Notes: generated from the letters alone by a model not told the origin. DNA of 64,000 bases from Octopus vulgaris (GCA_951406725.2 OX597816.1:99386001-99450000), one strand, 5' to 3'; positions 14,336 through 26,960 are shown, numbered from the stretch's first letter. Translations and numbers: made by a program.

Positions 14336-15436
14336 CATATTCTTCTACCAGTGGCTTTCGAACTACAGTTTAACTCATGCCACAACCTAAAGCCAACTCA
14401 TAGTACAGCAGAAGATTTGACACATAAAACTGAGTTGAAGCACTAACTCCTAGTAACAAATCAAGCACAGTATCTCCTCTCCCTTATAAGAGAAACATGT
14501 TCGTAGACGTAGCATGAGACAGGCGCCTCAAAGAAACATATTTTTTTAAGTCATGTAGAGTTGTCTCCTCTCAAAGAAAAAGCTCTTTATGTTGCAGTCT
14601 CTTGCATGTGATTGACGTGATCAGATTAACTGATTAACTTGTGCTGTCTCGATGCTACCTTGAAGGAAGATACCATTTTCTGTTTTTATTACAAATAGAC
14701 ATACCCTCGGCTTTATAGAATATTCTTAAGACTTGAATTTATGGAAAACACAATCACCCGGTTATATGAATGTGTGTGTGTGTGTGCGTGCCCGCTTATG
14801 TGTGTTGTGTACAAACGCAAAGGCAAAATATTACAAAAATAAATTTAATAATATTTTTTTCCAAAATAGGTATGCAGGCAGATATTTGAGAGCAGGTTGT
14901 TAATTGTTTAACCCGATCCCATTACTTAGTCGCTACTTTATTTTATCGATCACGCAGACAGATGAAAGACGAAGTTGAGTGAAATTTGACCACAGAGCAT
15001 AAAAATGCCAGAAGTACCCGCAAACATTTTGTCCGATCTTCTAACTATTCTACTCATCTAACATCCTGATAATACTTACTTGTGACGTAGGCACAGAGCC
15101 TGAAATTTGGAGTCGACAATATGAACCACAGGAAGAGTTAATAATAATAATAATAATGAATAAATTTTAAATCATAATGAATAAATTTTAAACCACAGTA
15201 GATTCTGAGTTCTACGCCGCAAGCAGATTCACAAACCTCGCGAGGAATGAAGTCTATTATATTTGCCGTATATAATTAATACAGCAAATATAATAGACTT
15301 TACAATTTTTTTTTTCAAGATATATTATGAATACAACTTAACAGTAGAAATCTAGTTAATTGCTCGGTAGTAATTGTGTGTGTGCTGCATGCGTGTATAT
15401 GTGTGTGTCTCATATATATGTGTGTGTGTGTGTATG

Positions 15437-15469
<33 letters not shown>

Positions 15470-15510
15470 ATGTATAATCCTTATACAAAAATATTATTGA
15501 CAATTACTTC

Positions 15511-15539
15511 GACGTTTCAGCCATTTAGGCCATCGTCAG
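15511..15539 (-). ncRNA. Degenerate hammerhead-like motif
   Basis: Minus strand CUGACGA-U-GGCC(UAAAU)GGCU-GAA-ACGU-C; no convincing helix I in the flanks. Confidence 0.35.
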
Positions 15540-15585
15540 ACTGTGATGCATTGAAGGTGATGTTGGCTTTATATAGTCTCTCTTA

Positions 15586-15743
15586 GGCCGATAGAATAAG
15601 TACTGGGAATAAGTACCGATATAATAAGTACTGGGCTTACAAAGAAGAAGTCCTGGGGTCGACTTCTTCGACTAAAATCCCTTTAAGGTGATGCTCCAGT
15701 GTGAACGCATTTAAATACGTGAAACAAGTAAAAGAATAAAAGA
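15586..15743 (+). mobile_element. 3' half of family B SINE
   Basis: gatagaataagtact...aagtcctggggtcgacttcttcgactaaa...gaaacaagtaaaagaataaaag. Confidence 0.75.
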
Positions 15744-15850
15744 ACATATATATACACACACATACATAGATGCATACGTCTGTATAAAACCAGAATTAAG
15801 ATTTTAAATAGAATCAATAATGTAGAATTTTAGCTCACATAAACATACGT

Positions 15851-15856
<6 letters not shown>

Positions 15857-15931
<75 letters not shown>
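15857..15931. repeat. Compound (GA)n(GT)n microsatellite
   Basis: Directly visible. Confidence 0.95.
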
Positions 15932-15936
<5 letters not shown>

Positions 15937-17204
15937 GTTTCAGATTACGATGACATTTACGTATCTGTCTTATATGAAACATTAAAGATTCTTCCATTCT
16001 GTTCCTTCTCTTTCACATACACATTTCTGCTGTATCTCTAATGGATTATTAACTTTTTATTGGCTACTCTCCACTCGTTTATAGATGAATTCAAATATGT
16101 TCTGTAAAGCTATTACACACACACTTACGTGTGTGTGTGTGTTGGTTTCTATTTCTGACAATGCGAATTCGTTCACTTATTTTTCTGTATGTTATTAAGA
16201 TATTAACAAGTACGTTAATGTTAAATGCTTTTATTCTCTCCTTTATTAATTCTTCATTTGTGAAAAAGAATCTAAAAACCTTTTCAGCAAGTATTTTATA
16301 TTGACGTTCTGTATCTTTATGGGCATTCACTGTCCCCATCCATCTATACATATTTATTAGCGGTTTTAATGTACGCTGAACATACAAATATGTAATTCTC
16401 ATTTACAAAGGGTTTCTGATCACATTTTTAAATAATATAACGATGAGACTGATAATTAACAATGTTTTCATTAGCAGAAATAATCACAGTAGAGTTAAAT
16501 ACAATGATAAAGAAATAGTTTGCTGCTAGGCGAGCTGGCAGAATCGTTGGCATGTCGGACAAAATAATTAGCGGCATCTTCCGGCTTTTTACCTTCAAAG
16601 TTCAAATACTATTAATGTCAACTTTGCTTTTCATTTTGTCGGAGTCGATAAAATATGATTTCATTAAAGTAGTGGAGTCGATGTAATCGAGTCCCATTTC
16701 TATTCCCAAGCTTGAATTCTAATATCCGTCCGAAGAAACAAGAGAAAGACAAGTCAAAAATATGTGACTTACATAAGCCTTTATCGTGCATAGTATATCT
16801 AGCCTTCTAGTAAACTTGCTAACTATATAAAAATATTTCTAAAATGCTTTCAAAAAGAGGTTTCAACGGGACTTTATTTCCAATGTTTTCATCTGCCATA
16901 ACAGAAATTTAGTTAAATTCTGTCATTAGTTAAAAATAACATTGTTAACTAACACTGTTCTTTAATCCAACAAGAGAGACACCTCAGACTGTTTTTTAAA
17001 TTCCAGATTTACATTAAATATTGAAATTCTTGAGTCATATGTATGAAATATGCTTTGGGTTTCTTTGATTTTGTTTTTGTTTTGTAAGGGTTTTTGTTTT
17101 GCATATCTGTATGCTTTTAACACCAAACTAATATTAGAATTCAAGCAGGATAGAGAATTGTTATCAAAGTTGTATTTCATACGTTGTTGATATTTAATTC
17201 TTTA

Positions 17205-17765
17205 TAAATCCTGACTGAACAGATCTATGATCAAAGGTGTCTTATCCATGAGCATACTTCGCTTCTTCTGGCACTGCGTATCTCGACTACATTATCGCAT
17301 CAATTTAAAGGCAGTGAGGTGCAATTTGAGCGAGATTTTGTACCCATTTCTAACAAATTCAGCTACCACCTAAGTGCTCCCTCAGTAAATTCACATATTA
17401 TGTACATCCGCTTTAGAATTTTTACTTTCTATAAATTATGATTTATATTCTCGTGTGATGTTATTGACCGCAATGACATGGACATGTAGAGCGCATCAAA
17501 TTGTGACTCCAGTAGTCAACTTCCTCAGCATCTTGTTTGTCAAGTTTATAAGGAAGCCTATAAATGGTTGCTCAAACTGCTAGAGGTAGCAGCCAAACTT
17601 CTTTCAAATAAAACCCTGTTTCCTTTCAAAAGTATACATTGGATAATGTACTCTTGTTTGTTATGTGTTTAAATTAAAACATAGTATGGCCTTGACTAGA
17701 ATACTTTTGATTACAGAGGGATTCTCAATTAGTGCTGAACTGAGAAAATAATATGAACAACAATA
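17205..17765. repeat. Two oppositely oriented copies of an old dispersed repeat (SINE-like 3' region, (AAC)n tail)
   Basis: 17205-17390 (ctatgatcaaagg...atttgagcgagatttt...atttcta) and 17550-17765 (ctagaggtagcagccaaac...ttttgatta) are approximate reverse complements; related fragments near 11800, 24080, 29760, 34620, 34890, 46760, 56500 and 60000. Confidence 0.55.
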
Positions 17766-18342
17766 ACCTTTCATATAGAATATAAACTTATATTCTACTG
17801 TCCGTTGTGTAGAACAAAAGCAATTCCCGTGTATGCATTTTAATATACGGTATAGCTTTAATACTGTGTTTGAATGTATGTGTAATCGTAATTACTTCCT
17901 ACATGAAGATGTTGATGAGCATCGTTTTTTAAATCCAAAGTGAAGATTTTGCTAATTTGCACAAGTTCTTCTAAGCATAATCTTTAGGAAATATTCCGAT
18001 AAACTAATGAATTAACAACATTTTCAGCTGATATAAACATGGAATTTGGCGAAAAGAAATTTCTGATATTTAGTTATAGAACGAGGAAAGTCAGTGCCCA
18101 AGCCCACACCTGTGCATCAACAGTCTCTATTTCCCCATTTTCAAACAAAGACTGTTACAAAGAAGGCATAGACGAAAATGTATCATATGAAGGCACCGTG
18201 AATAAAAATAGAGTGTCCCGAGAATATGGAAAAGATGGAACCTGATATCTTTGTTGGAAACTGGCTCCCTTCTCAGGGGGAGATTTATAATAAAATATAG
18301 AAGAGACATACATACATACATACATACATACATACATACATA

Positions 18343-18802
18343 ATGGCTGCTCCCTCGTTATCGAGTATGGTCATTGCACGAAGCTTAACTGTTATTGGTG
18401 CTGTGATCGAATGTGACTTTTTAGCCCAGCTAAAGCTCTACAATGTCTTGTACAGAATTGACAACTAAAACCTTTACCGGTAATAGCCGGCTGTAGTTGT
18501 AACTGGGCTTCATGTACCTTTGCATGTCGTTTAAGTCCTCCTGCTGAATTACACTCTCTTCCATATGCCTGACAGATATAATTAGTATGGTGTGTAACAC
18601 CACCACCAGTGGCCTGGTTGTCACTCATCTGTCTCGCTTTATGACTACGAAGATGACTCTTGAGTCCAGCATTACTGAGGCAGGGTCTTGCACAGACACT
18701 GCATGTCAGCATCATAGGAAGACCCTTCCCATTTGGAAGTGTAACAGTGATGCACTTCCTGACATCCCTCCTTACTTTCTCATGCGCAACTCGAGATTTC
18801 TC
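18343..18802 (-). mobile_element. 5'-truncated RTE-clade LINE 3' end encoding three C2H2 zinc fingers
   Basis: Open frame: CSVCARPCLSNAGLKSHLRSH, CQAYGRECNSAGGLKRHAKVH, CQFCTRHCRALAGLKSHIRSQH, stop at 18392. The short 3' UTR (ctcgataacgagggagcagcca) runs into (TATG)n; the CxxCxRxxxSxxGLxSHxRxH finger is the RTE C-terminal type. Confidence 0.75.
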
Positions 18803-18863
18803 ATACATACATACATGCATACATACATACATACATACATACATACATACATACATACATACA

Positions 18864-18896
<33 letters not shown>

Positions 18897-19749
18897 GCAA
18901 TGTATACTGCTTAATAGAATCCAATTGACTGGTAAACTTATATTCGACTGAATTTATTAGGAAAGTTACGCACCAGAACATCAGGACAGTTTATATTGTT
19001 TGTAGATTTTTGGTGTTTCCCGAAAAGACTTGTCTTTCTACGTGTAGTGTGGAATAGTTGATGGTTGTCAAATATAATTCTTTTGAAATCTATGATGCGT
19101 CTTAGAAATATAAATCGACCACAATAATTGACTGGTACTTATTTCATCGACTTGGTGGTGACGTGAGATCTCAGTGCGTAAAGAACTGTAAATAAATACC
19201 ACGAGACATTTTCGTGGGAGACTTTAGCGATTCAACCAATCTACTGTCCTGAAACATAAAATAACGAAAGTATTTATTTAGAAAATTCTACATGGAGATA
19301 GTATGAATGACAATAAATAAACACAAAACTTAACGCATAACATCACAACCTAGTAACAAACTGACACTAGACATCAGTGTCAAATTATTTACTGGCTGTT
19401 GATTGAAACTGAGCGTCAAAGTTCAAAACACTGAAACTCGGTGGCAACGAATGAGAAACAAATGGAAAATAATTCGTATTATTCTCACTCATACTAAAAG
19501 AAAAATAACAGCTACTAATATTTTTTCATCCGAATGATGTAACCAAGACGATCTTGAAATTGTCACGGAAACGTAATGGGGCAAACAAAACATGGTGGAC
19601 TGATAAAGAAATGTAAAATCAGTAGTGCAAAGTTGTGACTTCAATAATTTGTTTCAAATAAAATCATTTTCCATCAACATACCCACCCATCCAAAACTGA
19701 AATATGCATATAAATATACATAGTAATGAGTACGTATACATATATAATC

Positions 19750-20177
19750 CTAACACAGTAAATATGGTGAAATACACCCCACACACACATACGTGGGGAG
19801 GGGTGGTATCAATGAAGAGAGAAGGTAGGTAGGAGTGAAGAGAGGAGGGGTGCTTAGCCCATATGACGCAAAGGGGTGAAGACAGAATATTAAATCCTGT
19901 TCATGGTGAAGGCGGGTGTCCGGATGGCACCTGTGCAAAGACAGTCCACACACAGACAAGTGTTGTAGTCAATGACCGGTAGAGTGGAAATGGTGCGAGA
20001 CCGGGTTGTCATTACCGAGTCAGATGTCTTAGAGTTGCTCCGCGAACCGGTCAGCTAAGCGGAGTCCCGTTTGACCGATGTATAGAGAAGGGCAAAAAGA
20101 GCAGGAGATGCAGTAAATGACGTTGTTAGAAGTGCAGATAAAGGAGTCGGTGATATGATAGGGATGATTATGGTTTG
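19750..20177 (-). mobile_element. Penelope-like element GIY-YIG endonuclease fragment
   Basis: ITDSFICTSNNVIYCISCSFCPSLYIGQTGLRLADRFAEQL...PVSHHF...EQDLIFCL; VIY...YIG motif. Confidence 0.85.
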
Positions 20178-20570
20178 CCACTTCATCCTCAGTGGATATT
20201 CCTTCATCCTCACTATCCACGCAGCCCTTGCCAGAGCACGTTCCGTGGACCATGCCTCTACTCTCTCGCCCCGCACCCGCCTCACCGTTGCCCGTCTCTC
20301 ATTGCGCCTCACCTACCACCCCTCCACCCTTCCCTTCCAACGCACCATTCTCCGATCCTCCGGTGACTCCAGTCCGACCCCGGCACCTCGCACATCTTCC
20401 CGAATCTACCTCTTCCTTCCTTCGAACGAGTCCATAACCAGCATGACCTCCTGGTCCATAGTTTTTCTCCTAACCCCACCTCCCAACCTGGCTTGTTCCC
20501 CTGCTCCCGCCCACGCTGCCGCACTTGCCCCTTCCACTCCAGCACCACCATGCCTATCATATCATAAACC
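20178..20570 (+). mobile_element. Penelope-like RT-thumb/linker fragment, inverted relative to the GIY-YIG half
   Basis: LTYHPSTLP...LQSDP-TSHIFPNLPLPSF...DLLVHS...PCSRPRCRTCPF (with frameshifts), the segment normally just upstream of GIY-YIG. Confidence 0.75.
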
Positions 20571-20814
20571 TGATCTTTCTTCAACGAAGCATTAAACACT
20601 TCCTCTCACATCCTTTCACTTTGCTCTCCTCTCACTTCCATACTAAGCCTCATAGGAACAAGGGGCTTAATTATCACGAAACAATTCCTTCCTGATGCTA
20701 ATTTTTGTTGTGAATAATTGCTGATTGCTGCCGATATTGGATTTACCTACATCTTAATATATCTGGAAAGAAGTCATCAAGAGGAAGGAACTGAAGATAG
20801 TAGTGCGAAAGGAG

Positions 20815-21450
20815 TTCGAAAAATCCAAAAGTTTGCAGGACGATTTGCATAAAAGGAAGGTGAAGTCTAATGAAAATTCTCTTCTGGTTAGTAAAAGCTG
20901 GTTTGAAAGGGGAAACACGCTCTTAATTTTACATAATGTAAAAATAGTTGGTGAAGCTGCAAGAGCAGCTTCTAGTACTGCTTCTAGTTGCCCTGAGCAA
21001 CTGAAAGAAGAAAAATAATTGCATCAGAACAAGTCTGCAATGTAGCTGAAACTGTCCTTTTTTACATCGTACCGACTCGAACTTCTTTCTCGACAAGGAA
21101 AACCAACACTAGGCTTCAAAAAGTCGTATGGAACTTTTTTTGTGAGAAAATGCTGCTAGTGATATGAAATTAATAATTCTACTCCTGTATCAAGTCAGAT
21201 GGCTGGCAAAATGCTTATCAACATTTCGTCCGTCTGAGTTCAAATTCCACCGAGGTCGACTTCACCTTTCATACTTTCAGAATCGATAAAATAAGTATCA
21301 GTTGAGCACTGTAAATGACCTACTCCAACTCCCGAAAGTGCTGGCCTTGTGCCAAAAATTGAAACCAGTACTGCTACTTATGTATCACTTCAAAAATCTA
21401 AGAGCTTTCAAAGAAAGTTTAATTTACCTCTCATTTGGAGTTCAGTACTT
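20815..21450 (+). mobile_element. pogo/Tigger transposase relic interrupted by a SINE
   Basis: SKSWFER, LHNVKIVGEAA, EQVCNVAET (QVFNxDET), GFKK, ENAASDMKL; resumes after the SINE as LLLMYHFKNLRAFK...LPLIWS. Confidence 0.75.
21198..21367 (+). mobile_element. Family A SINE
   Basis: gagttcaaattccaccgaggtcgacttcacctttcatactttcagaatcgataaaataagtatcag...ggccttgtgccaaaaattgaaacc. Confidence 0.8.
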
Positions 21451-21557
21451 GTTAATGTGTCTCCATTATCTTAAACATACATACATACACTTGTATACAT
21501 GTGTGTGTATTCTCATTATATATTTATATATATGTAGTTTATATTCATAGAACCAGA

Positions 21558-21603
<46 letters not shown>

Positions 21604-21770
21604 GGACACAATGTGATTGAATATATTCTTTATACTCCTTATGTGTTCTCCCTCTATTCAACCATTCAACGTGATGAATTAAACAAATGTTGCATAAATT
21701 TGAATATAAAATAACCCTTCGGCATAAATGTCAGTTACACCTGAAAGTAAATACATATGATTGTCGGTTC

Positions 21771-23577
21771 TGGATCTTTTCGTATTCTTCCAACCACTTG
21801 AAGAATTTCAATTTTCTATAAATTGTTTTCAAATTTCCCACACTGATGTAGTTTTGCATGCTGACGGCAAAAATCGCATTCATGTTTTCGAAAAATTAAT
21901 AATAAAAAAAACTAGAAGCATTTAAAATTGTGTAATTTTAGCCGATGAAATAAGTCCAGTGTCCTCACAGGGGGAAGTTGAAACTGTTTGTTGCCATAAC
22001 AACTCCAACGTATCGTTGTTTATCTATGGAACGGTATGCAAAGTTTTCAATACGAAAACAAAAGGGAACAGTAAAAATTGCATGAAAGACGAATTTTTGA
22101 AACGGAAAACATTATAGAACCTTAAATTTTCCAAAAAACAAATTTTAAAAGAAGGAATAAAATTTTATTTTTTCAGATATTTTTTTTTTTCAGCAAAAAG
22201 AATTTTATAAAACTATTAAGATAATAATATTACTGCCCATAGTCACAGGTCCCGCTTTCGACCCGCTAGAAATAATAGGTAAATTGAAACGTAAATACAT
22301 AGACTGTCAATAAAAGAACTCAATGGTGAAATAAAACAATATTTCTTCGAAGGTATCGCATTTTTCGTACCTGCTGCGTCACAAACTTCGCAGACATATG
22401 AGTTCACTGTCGAACAATGAGTGCCATAGTGCCGATTATTCCTTCGCTTAATACAGGACCGAGTACTTTCTATAAGGTGTTCAAAAAGTCTCTCCGCAGT
22501 AAGTATTTTATTGCAAAATGAATATTTATACGATGGTATAGGACTACAAAAGTATATATTAGACTTTACAAGACTTTAAAAATCTTTATAAGAGGTGTTG
22601 AAAGTGTCGTCCTTCATTTTCAATACATAAGTTGACTCTTCTACACATGATTTAACTATGCGAAGGTTATGCTTGCTTCTTTTAGCTCATTAAAGGCTTT
22701 CGGGCGATTCTTGTACACTGATCCTTTACTTGCTTACCAGAAAAAAAATCTGGCTGTGTTAAATCAGGTGATCTTGGTGGTCAAAATCCCTTCGAAATAA
22801 TTCATTCAGCGAAAAACTCTCAGAGAGTCAGAATGAAAATATTTACTGCGGAGAGCCTTTTCGAACACCCTGTATTTATTAAGTATGGTTCCCTTCTTGT
22901 AAGTTTACAAATTCAACGCTATTCTACAGTTCTATGGTGAAATTGGTATCCTGGTATCTCGGGAAAATGTGACTATTTATTTGCCCCACATATCACTGTA
23001 AATAATTGTTCCCGGCAGAACTGATTGTCGAACTCAATGTTCGAGTGCGTCATGATCTCGAGAAGGCACAGTGAACAGAAAAAAAAAATTATTCTCGAGT
23101 TTCGCAATACACATCGCCGGAAACCCAGTATTTGGGTCGCATTCGAATCCTGGTTGTATTTTCTCCTCGAAAATACAATTTTATTTATTTCAACAATTTA
23201 ACCGGGACCACGACCAAACTTCATTGGATTGCGAAGCAAATGTTCCGCGCAGTTTTCCCGTAAATAATAGTTATAGTTTACCAATCCCTGATTTGTCCTT
23301 ATAAATCCTAATGGTTGTCTATTCTTCCATCCACAGCAGTGTGAGTAAACAACAATACACGGGAGTTGCTATGACAACAAACAGTTTCGACTGCCGCTGT
23401 GAGGACACTGGCTTGAAATTCATTGACTAAAAATGCATAAATTTAAAAGCCTTTAACTTCATTTTCCAAAATAATGAATATGATGTTCGTCATCAACCTA
23501 CAATACTAAATCAAAGTACATGTTTTGAAAATGTTCAGATTAAAATTTATGGTTGGAAGAAAACGATAAAGATCCTT
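21771..23577. mobile_element. Non-autonomous DNA transposon with ~250-bp diverged terminal inverted repeats
   Basis: ggatcttttcgtattcttccaacca at the left end pairs with tggttggaagaaaacgataaagatcc at the right; inner ccagtgtcctcacag...gaaactgtttgttgccataacaactcc pairs with ggagttgctatgacaacaaacagtttc...ctgtgaggacactgg. Confidence 0.7.
22473..22872 (-). mobile_element. Tc1/mariner deletion derivative with TIRs and TA TSD
   Basis: ~37-bp TIRs (cagggtgttcgaaaaggctctccgcagtaaatatttt) with TA on both sides; minus-strand remnant PPRSPDLTQPDFFFW...VYKNRP...CIENEGRHFQHLL*. Confidence 0.85.
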
Positions 23578-23927
23578 GGTTTTATTTCAAAGGTGGTTGT
23601 GTTTCACTGTTTGCGTGCATGAGTGTGTGTATGAGTGTGTATACGTGCGTGTGTATCTATTTGTCTATGTTATATGTATAATGAATATTTGTTGCTGTTG
23701 TTGTTAATGCTACACGGAGACCGGCATATCAAAAATTAGATGCAACGTTTCTTCTGCGAGTCATAAAAGGTGACTAAAAGAGATTGAGGTAGGATTTTTG
23801 CCCTTGTAAAACCTTTCACCAGCAACGACTACCTAAACAGTCCCATGGGTTGGAGAGTTGTCACCTGAGTGGTGCAAAAGCTTCATCTAGTTGATGGGGT
23901 GACGCTCTGCCTCAGTGAATGGCCCCA

Positions 23928-23932
23928 TACTA

Positions 23933-23973
<41 letters not shown>

Positions 23974-23975
23974 AC

Positions 23976-24033
<58 letters not shown>
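23928..24033. repeat. Compound (TAC)n/(TGC)n microsatellite
   Basis: Directly visible. Confidence 0.9.
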
Positions 24034-25046
24034 GTTGTTTTTGATGTCGTTGTTTTAACCGCAAGCAAATTCTCATCGAGCAAATCTATGATCAACAGTA
24101 TTCTAGCCCTGATCGTTTAGCGGTGCATACTGATAAAACTAAGATATCAAATATGTCCTTCCCATGTATATGACTGCAGTGTGTATTTTGAGAAAGATTA
24201 GGGTACTGTTTCTGGCAGATAGAATGATCACGTCACGCTGTCTCCAGTGAATGTGTAATTGAGTGTCTTTGTTACCAAGTGTAATTTATTATATGTATTT
24301 ATTATACTTGGCACTTCATCGTAATATGTCAGAAAAGACGTAAACTTTACTCAGTTCTCAAAAGTGATAAACATAAGTTGTAGAAGTATAATAGTACAAA
24401 AATAACCATTAAAAAACGATAAAATCATATTTTGTGTTAATTCAAGAAATATTTTAAAGAAACAAACGAAGTTATCTGACAACCCTATATTAAATACACG
24501 ACTGTGTTCTAACTTCGTCTCACTTTATTAACGACACCACGTGATAGCTAAGAAAAATTTTAACCCCCATTTATGGCTGGACCTGTATATATTGACGTCC
24601 ACACACAGATGAGATTCGGAAATTCTCCGTATAGAAGACACTTAGTAGTGCTCAAAAGATTCAGACTGAGGCCCCAATGTCTTTACTGAGGATCATTCCA
24701 CAAGGTATAGAAAGGCTATAAGAGGAATCATGTGGAAAATTAGAATAGGCACAAATATAAATTATTAGCTCTTTCGTACGTTTCACCATTGCAGTTATTT
24801 GGAACTCAGCATTTGATGCACCTAGTATATTTGGATGCTTAACCACAATGGATCACCAGAACATTTTATTGCATTCTCTATTCTCTGTAATAGTATACAA
24901 TAAAGTGTTCCCCGAAGATCCATTGCTGTTCGGCATTCAAATGTCGTATATCTAATGCTGAGCTCCAAATAAGGGCAATGGTGGAAAGTACGCAGGAACT
25001 AATAATTTGTATTTGTGCTTATCATAATTTTCCACTATATATATAT

Positions 25047-25208
25047 AGGCGTAGGAGTGGCTGTGTGGTAAGTAGGTTGCTTACGAACCACATGGTTCTG
25101 GGTTCAGTCCTACTGCGTGACACCTTGGCCAAGTGTCTTCTATTATAGTCTTGGGCCGACCAAAGCCTTGTGAGTGGATTTGGTAGAAAGAAGCCTGTCG
25201 TATATACG

Positions 25209-25280
<72 letters not shown>

Positions 25281-25516
25281 TATGTGTTCGTGTATATGTT
25301 CGTATGTCTGCGTTTGTCCTCCACCCCAACATCGCTTGACAACGGATGCTGGTGTGTTTACGTTCCCGTAGCTTAGAGGTTCGGCAAAAGAGGTTCGGAA
25401 TAAGTACTAGGCTTACAAAGAATAAGTCATGGGGTCGATTTACTCGACTAAAGGCGGTACTCCTGCATGGCCACAGAAAATGACTGAAACAAGTAAAAGA
25501 GCAAAAGAGTAAAGAG
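25047..25516 (+). mobile_element. Family B SINE, full length
   Basis: ggcgtaggagtggctgtgtggtaag...gggttcagtcc...ccttggccaagtgtctt...tgactgaaacaagtaaaagag. Confidence 0.9.
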
Positions 25517-25799
25517 TATATAAATATGTGCGCATATATGTGTCATTTTTTTATGTCCTGTACCCATATATGTATGTATATATACCTGTATGTGTAGTTA
25601 TGAACATATATGTATGTTTATATGCATATATTTATATATTATTTATATTATATGATCGAACGCCACACATCCTTTTCCAAGTACGTATATATATGCATAT
25701 ATATATGTATGTATGTATGTATGTATATATGCATATATTTATATATGTATATATATATATATATGTATATTTATATATGTATATATATATATATATGTA

Positions 25800-25858
<59 letters not shown>

Positions 25859-26088
25859 AATAGAAATATTAAAATAACTAAGTCTCTCTAAAAGAGAACA
25901 GCGGCAGCGTTCCCGGAAAATAATAGTTATCGCCATACTAATATGGCATTCTTATAAAAATAAGAAAAAAGCTGTCCGCTTATTAGCTCCATGAGGCCAT
26001 CGCCTTAAGTTAGCTATTTGATACACAAACTGTATCCATATAACCTTCGAACAAGGGAGGTCAGTCGCTCCACACTACTTGACCGGCA

Positions 26089-26130
26089 GCTACAGACGCG
26101 TTTCGGGGTATTGCCCCTTTTCAATGCAGC
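26089..26130 (-). ncRNA. Minimal type I hammerhead ribozyme (U3-A8 variant), copy 1
   Basis: GCUGCA-UUGAAAA-GGGG(CAAUA)CCCC-GAA-ACGCGU-C-UGUAGC: 6-bp helix I, 4-bp helix II, palindromic helix III, GUC cleavage triplet. Confidence 0.75.
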
Positions 26131-26450
26131 GTAGCCAGCCAGTAGGTGTCGCTTCCGACAATCTCTGTTCGATGGTTTTATTTACCTAGTTTCGGTGGAA
26201 TACATCCACTTGTTTTCAATAATAGAAATATTAAAATAACTAAGTCTCTCTAAAAGAGAACAGCGGCAGCGTTCCCGGAAAATAATAGTTATCGCCATAC
26301 TAATATGGCATTCTTATAAAAATAAGAAAAAAGCTGTCCGCTTATTAGCTCCATGAGGCCATCGCCTTAAGTTAGCTATTTGATACACAAACTGTATCCA
26401 TATAACCTTCGAACAAGGGAGGTCAGTCGCTCCACACTACTTGACCGGCA

Positions 26451-26492
26451 GCTACAGACGCGTTTCGGGGTATTGCCCCTTTTCAATGCAGC
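26451..26492 (-). ncRNA. Minimal type I hammerhead ribozyme (U3-A8 variant), copy 2
   Basis: Identical to 26089-26130, 362 bp away. Confidence 0.75.
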
Positions 26493-26644
26493 GTAGCCAG
26501 CCAGTACTTATTCTACTGGTCTCTTTGCCGGAGAGCTAAGTTCCCAATTTGTCATGTGGTGATGGCAGAAAGACACTCAACATAAAAACACACAGACACT
26601 CGCGCTCATATGTATGTGTACACACACACAAGCACACACACACA

Positions 26645-26711
<67 letters not shown>

Positions 26712-26804
26712 GAATGGACAAATGAAAGAAGAGCACCCGAGACATGTATTGGTTGTTATATGTAAGGCTCAAAATAGTTTGATTCAAATTTGCTTTGAAA
26801 CTTG

Positions 26805-26858
<54 letters not shown>

Positions 26859-26960
26859 GGAGTAAACACATAAATGTGAAACAAGGTGGAAAAAAGAGTA
26901 CTCAAATACCAGTGGTAGAGTAATATGCTTTATTTTAAGCAGCAGAAAATTCAACAAAAT

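Larger units (their letters stand above)
25859..26506 (-). mobile_element. Retrozyme-like tandem repeat, 362-bp unit, ~1.8 copies, one hammerhead per unit
   Basis: 25859-26144 recurs at 26221-26506 with no mismatch seen; abuts a long (TA)n on the left and a SINE B fragment on the right. Confidence 0.8.

Noticed and set aside
18392-18892. Host C2H2 zinc-finger gene
   Set aside because: The start lies in (TATG)n, there are no TGEKP linkers, and the finger type and 3' tail are RTE-like.
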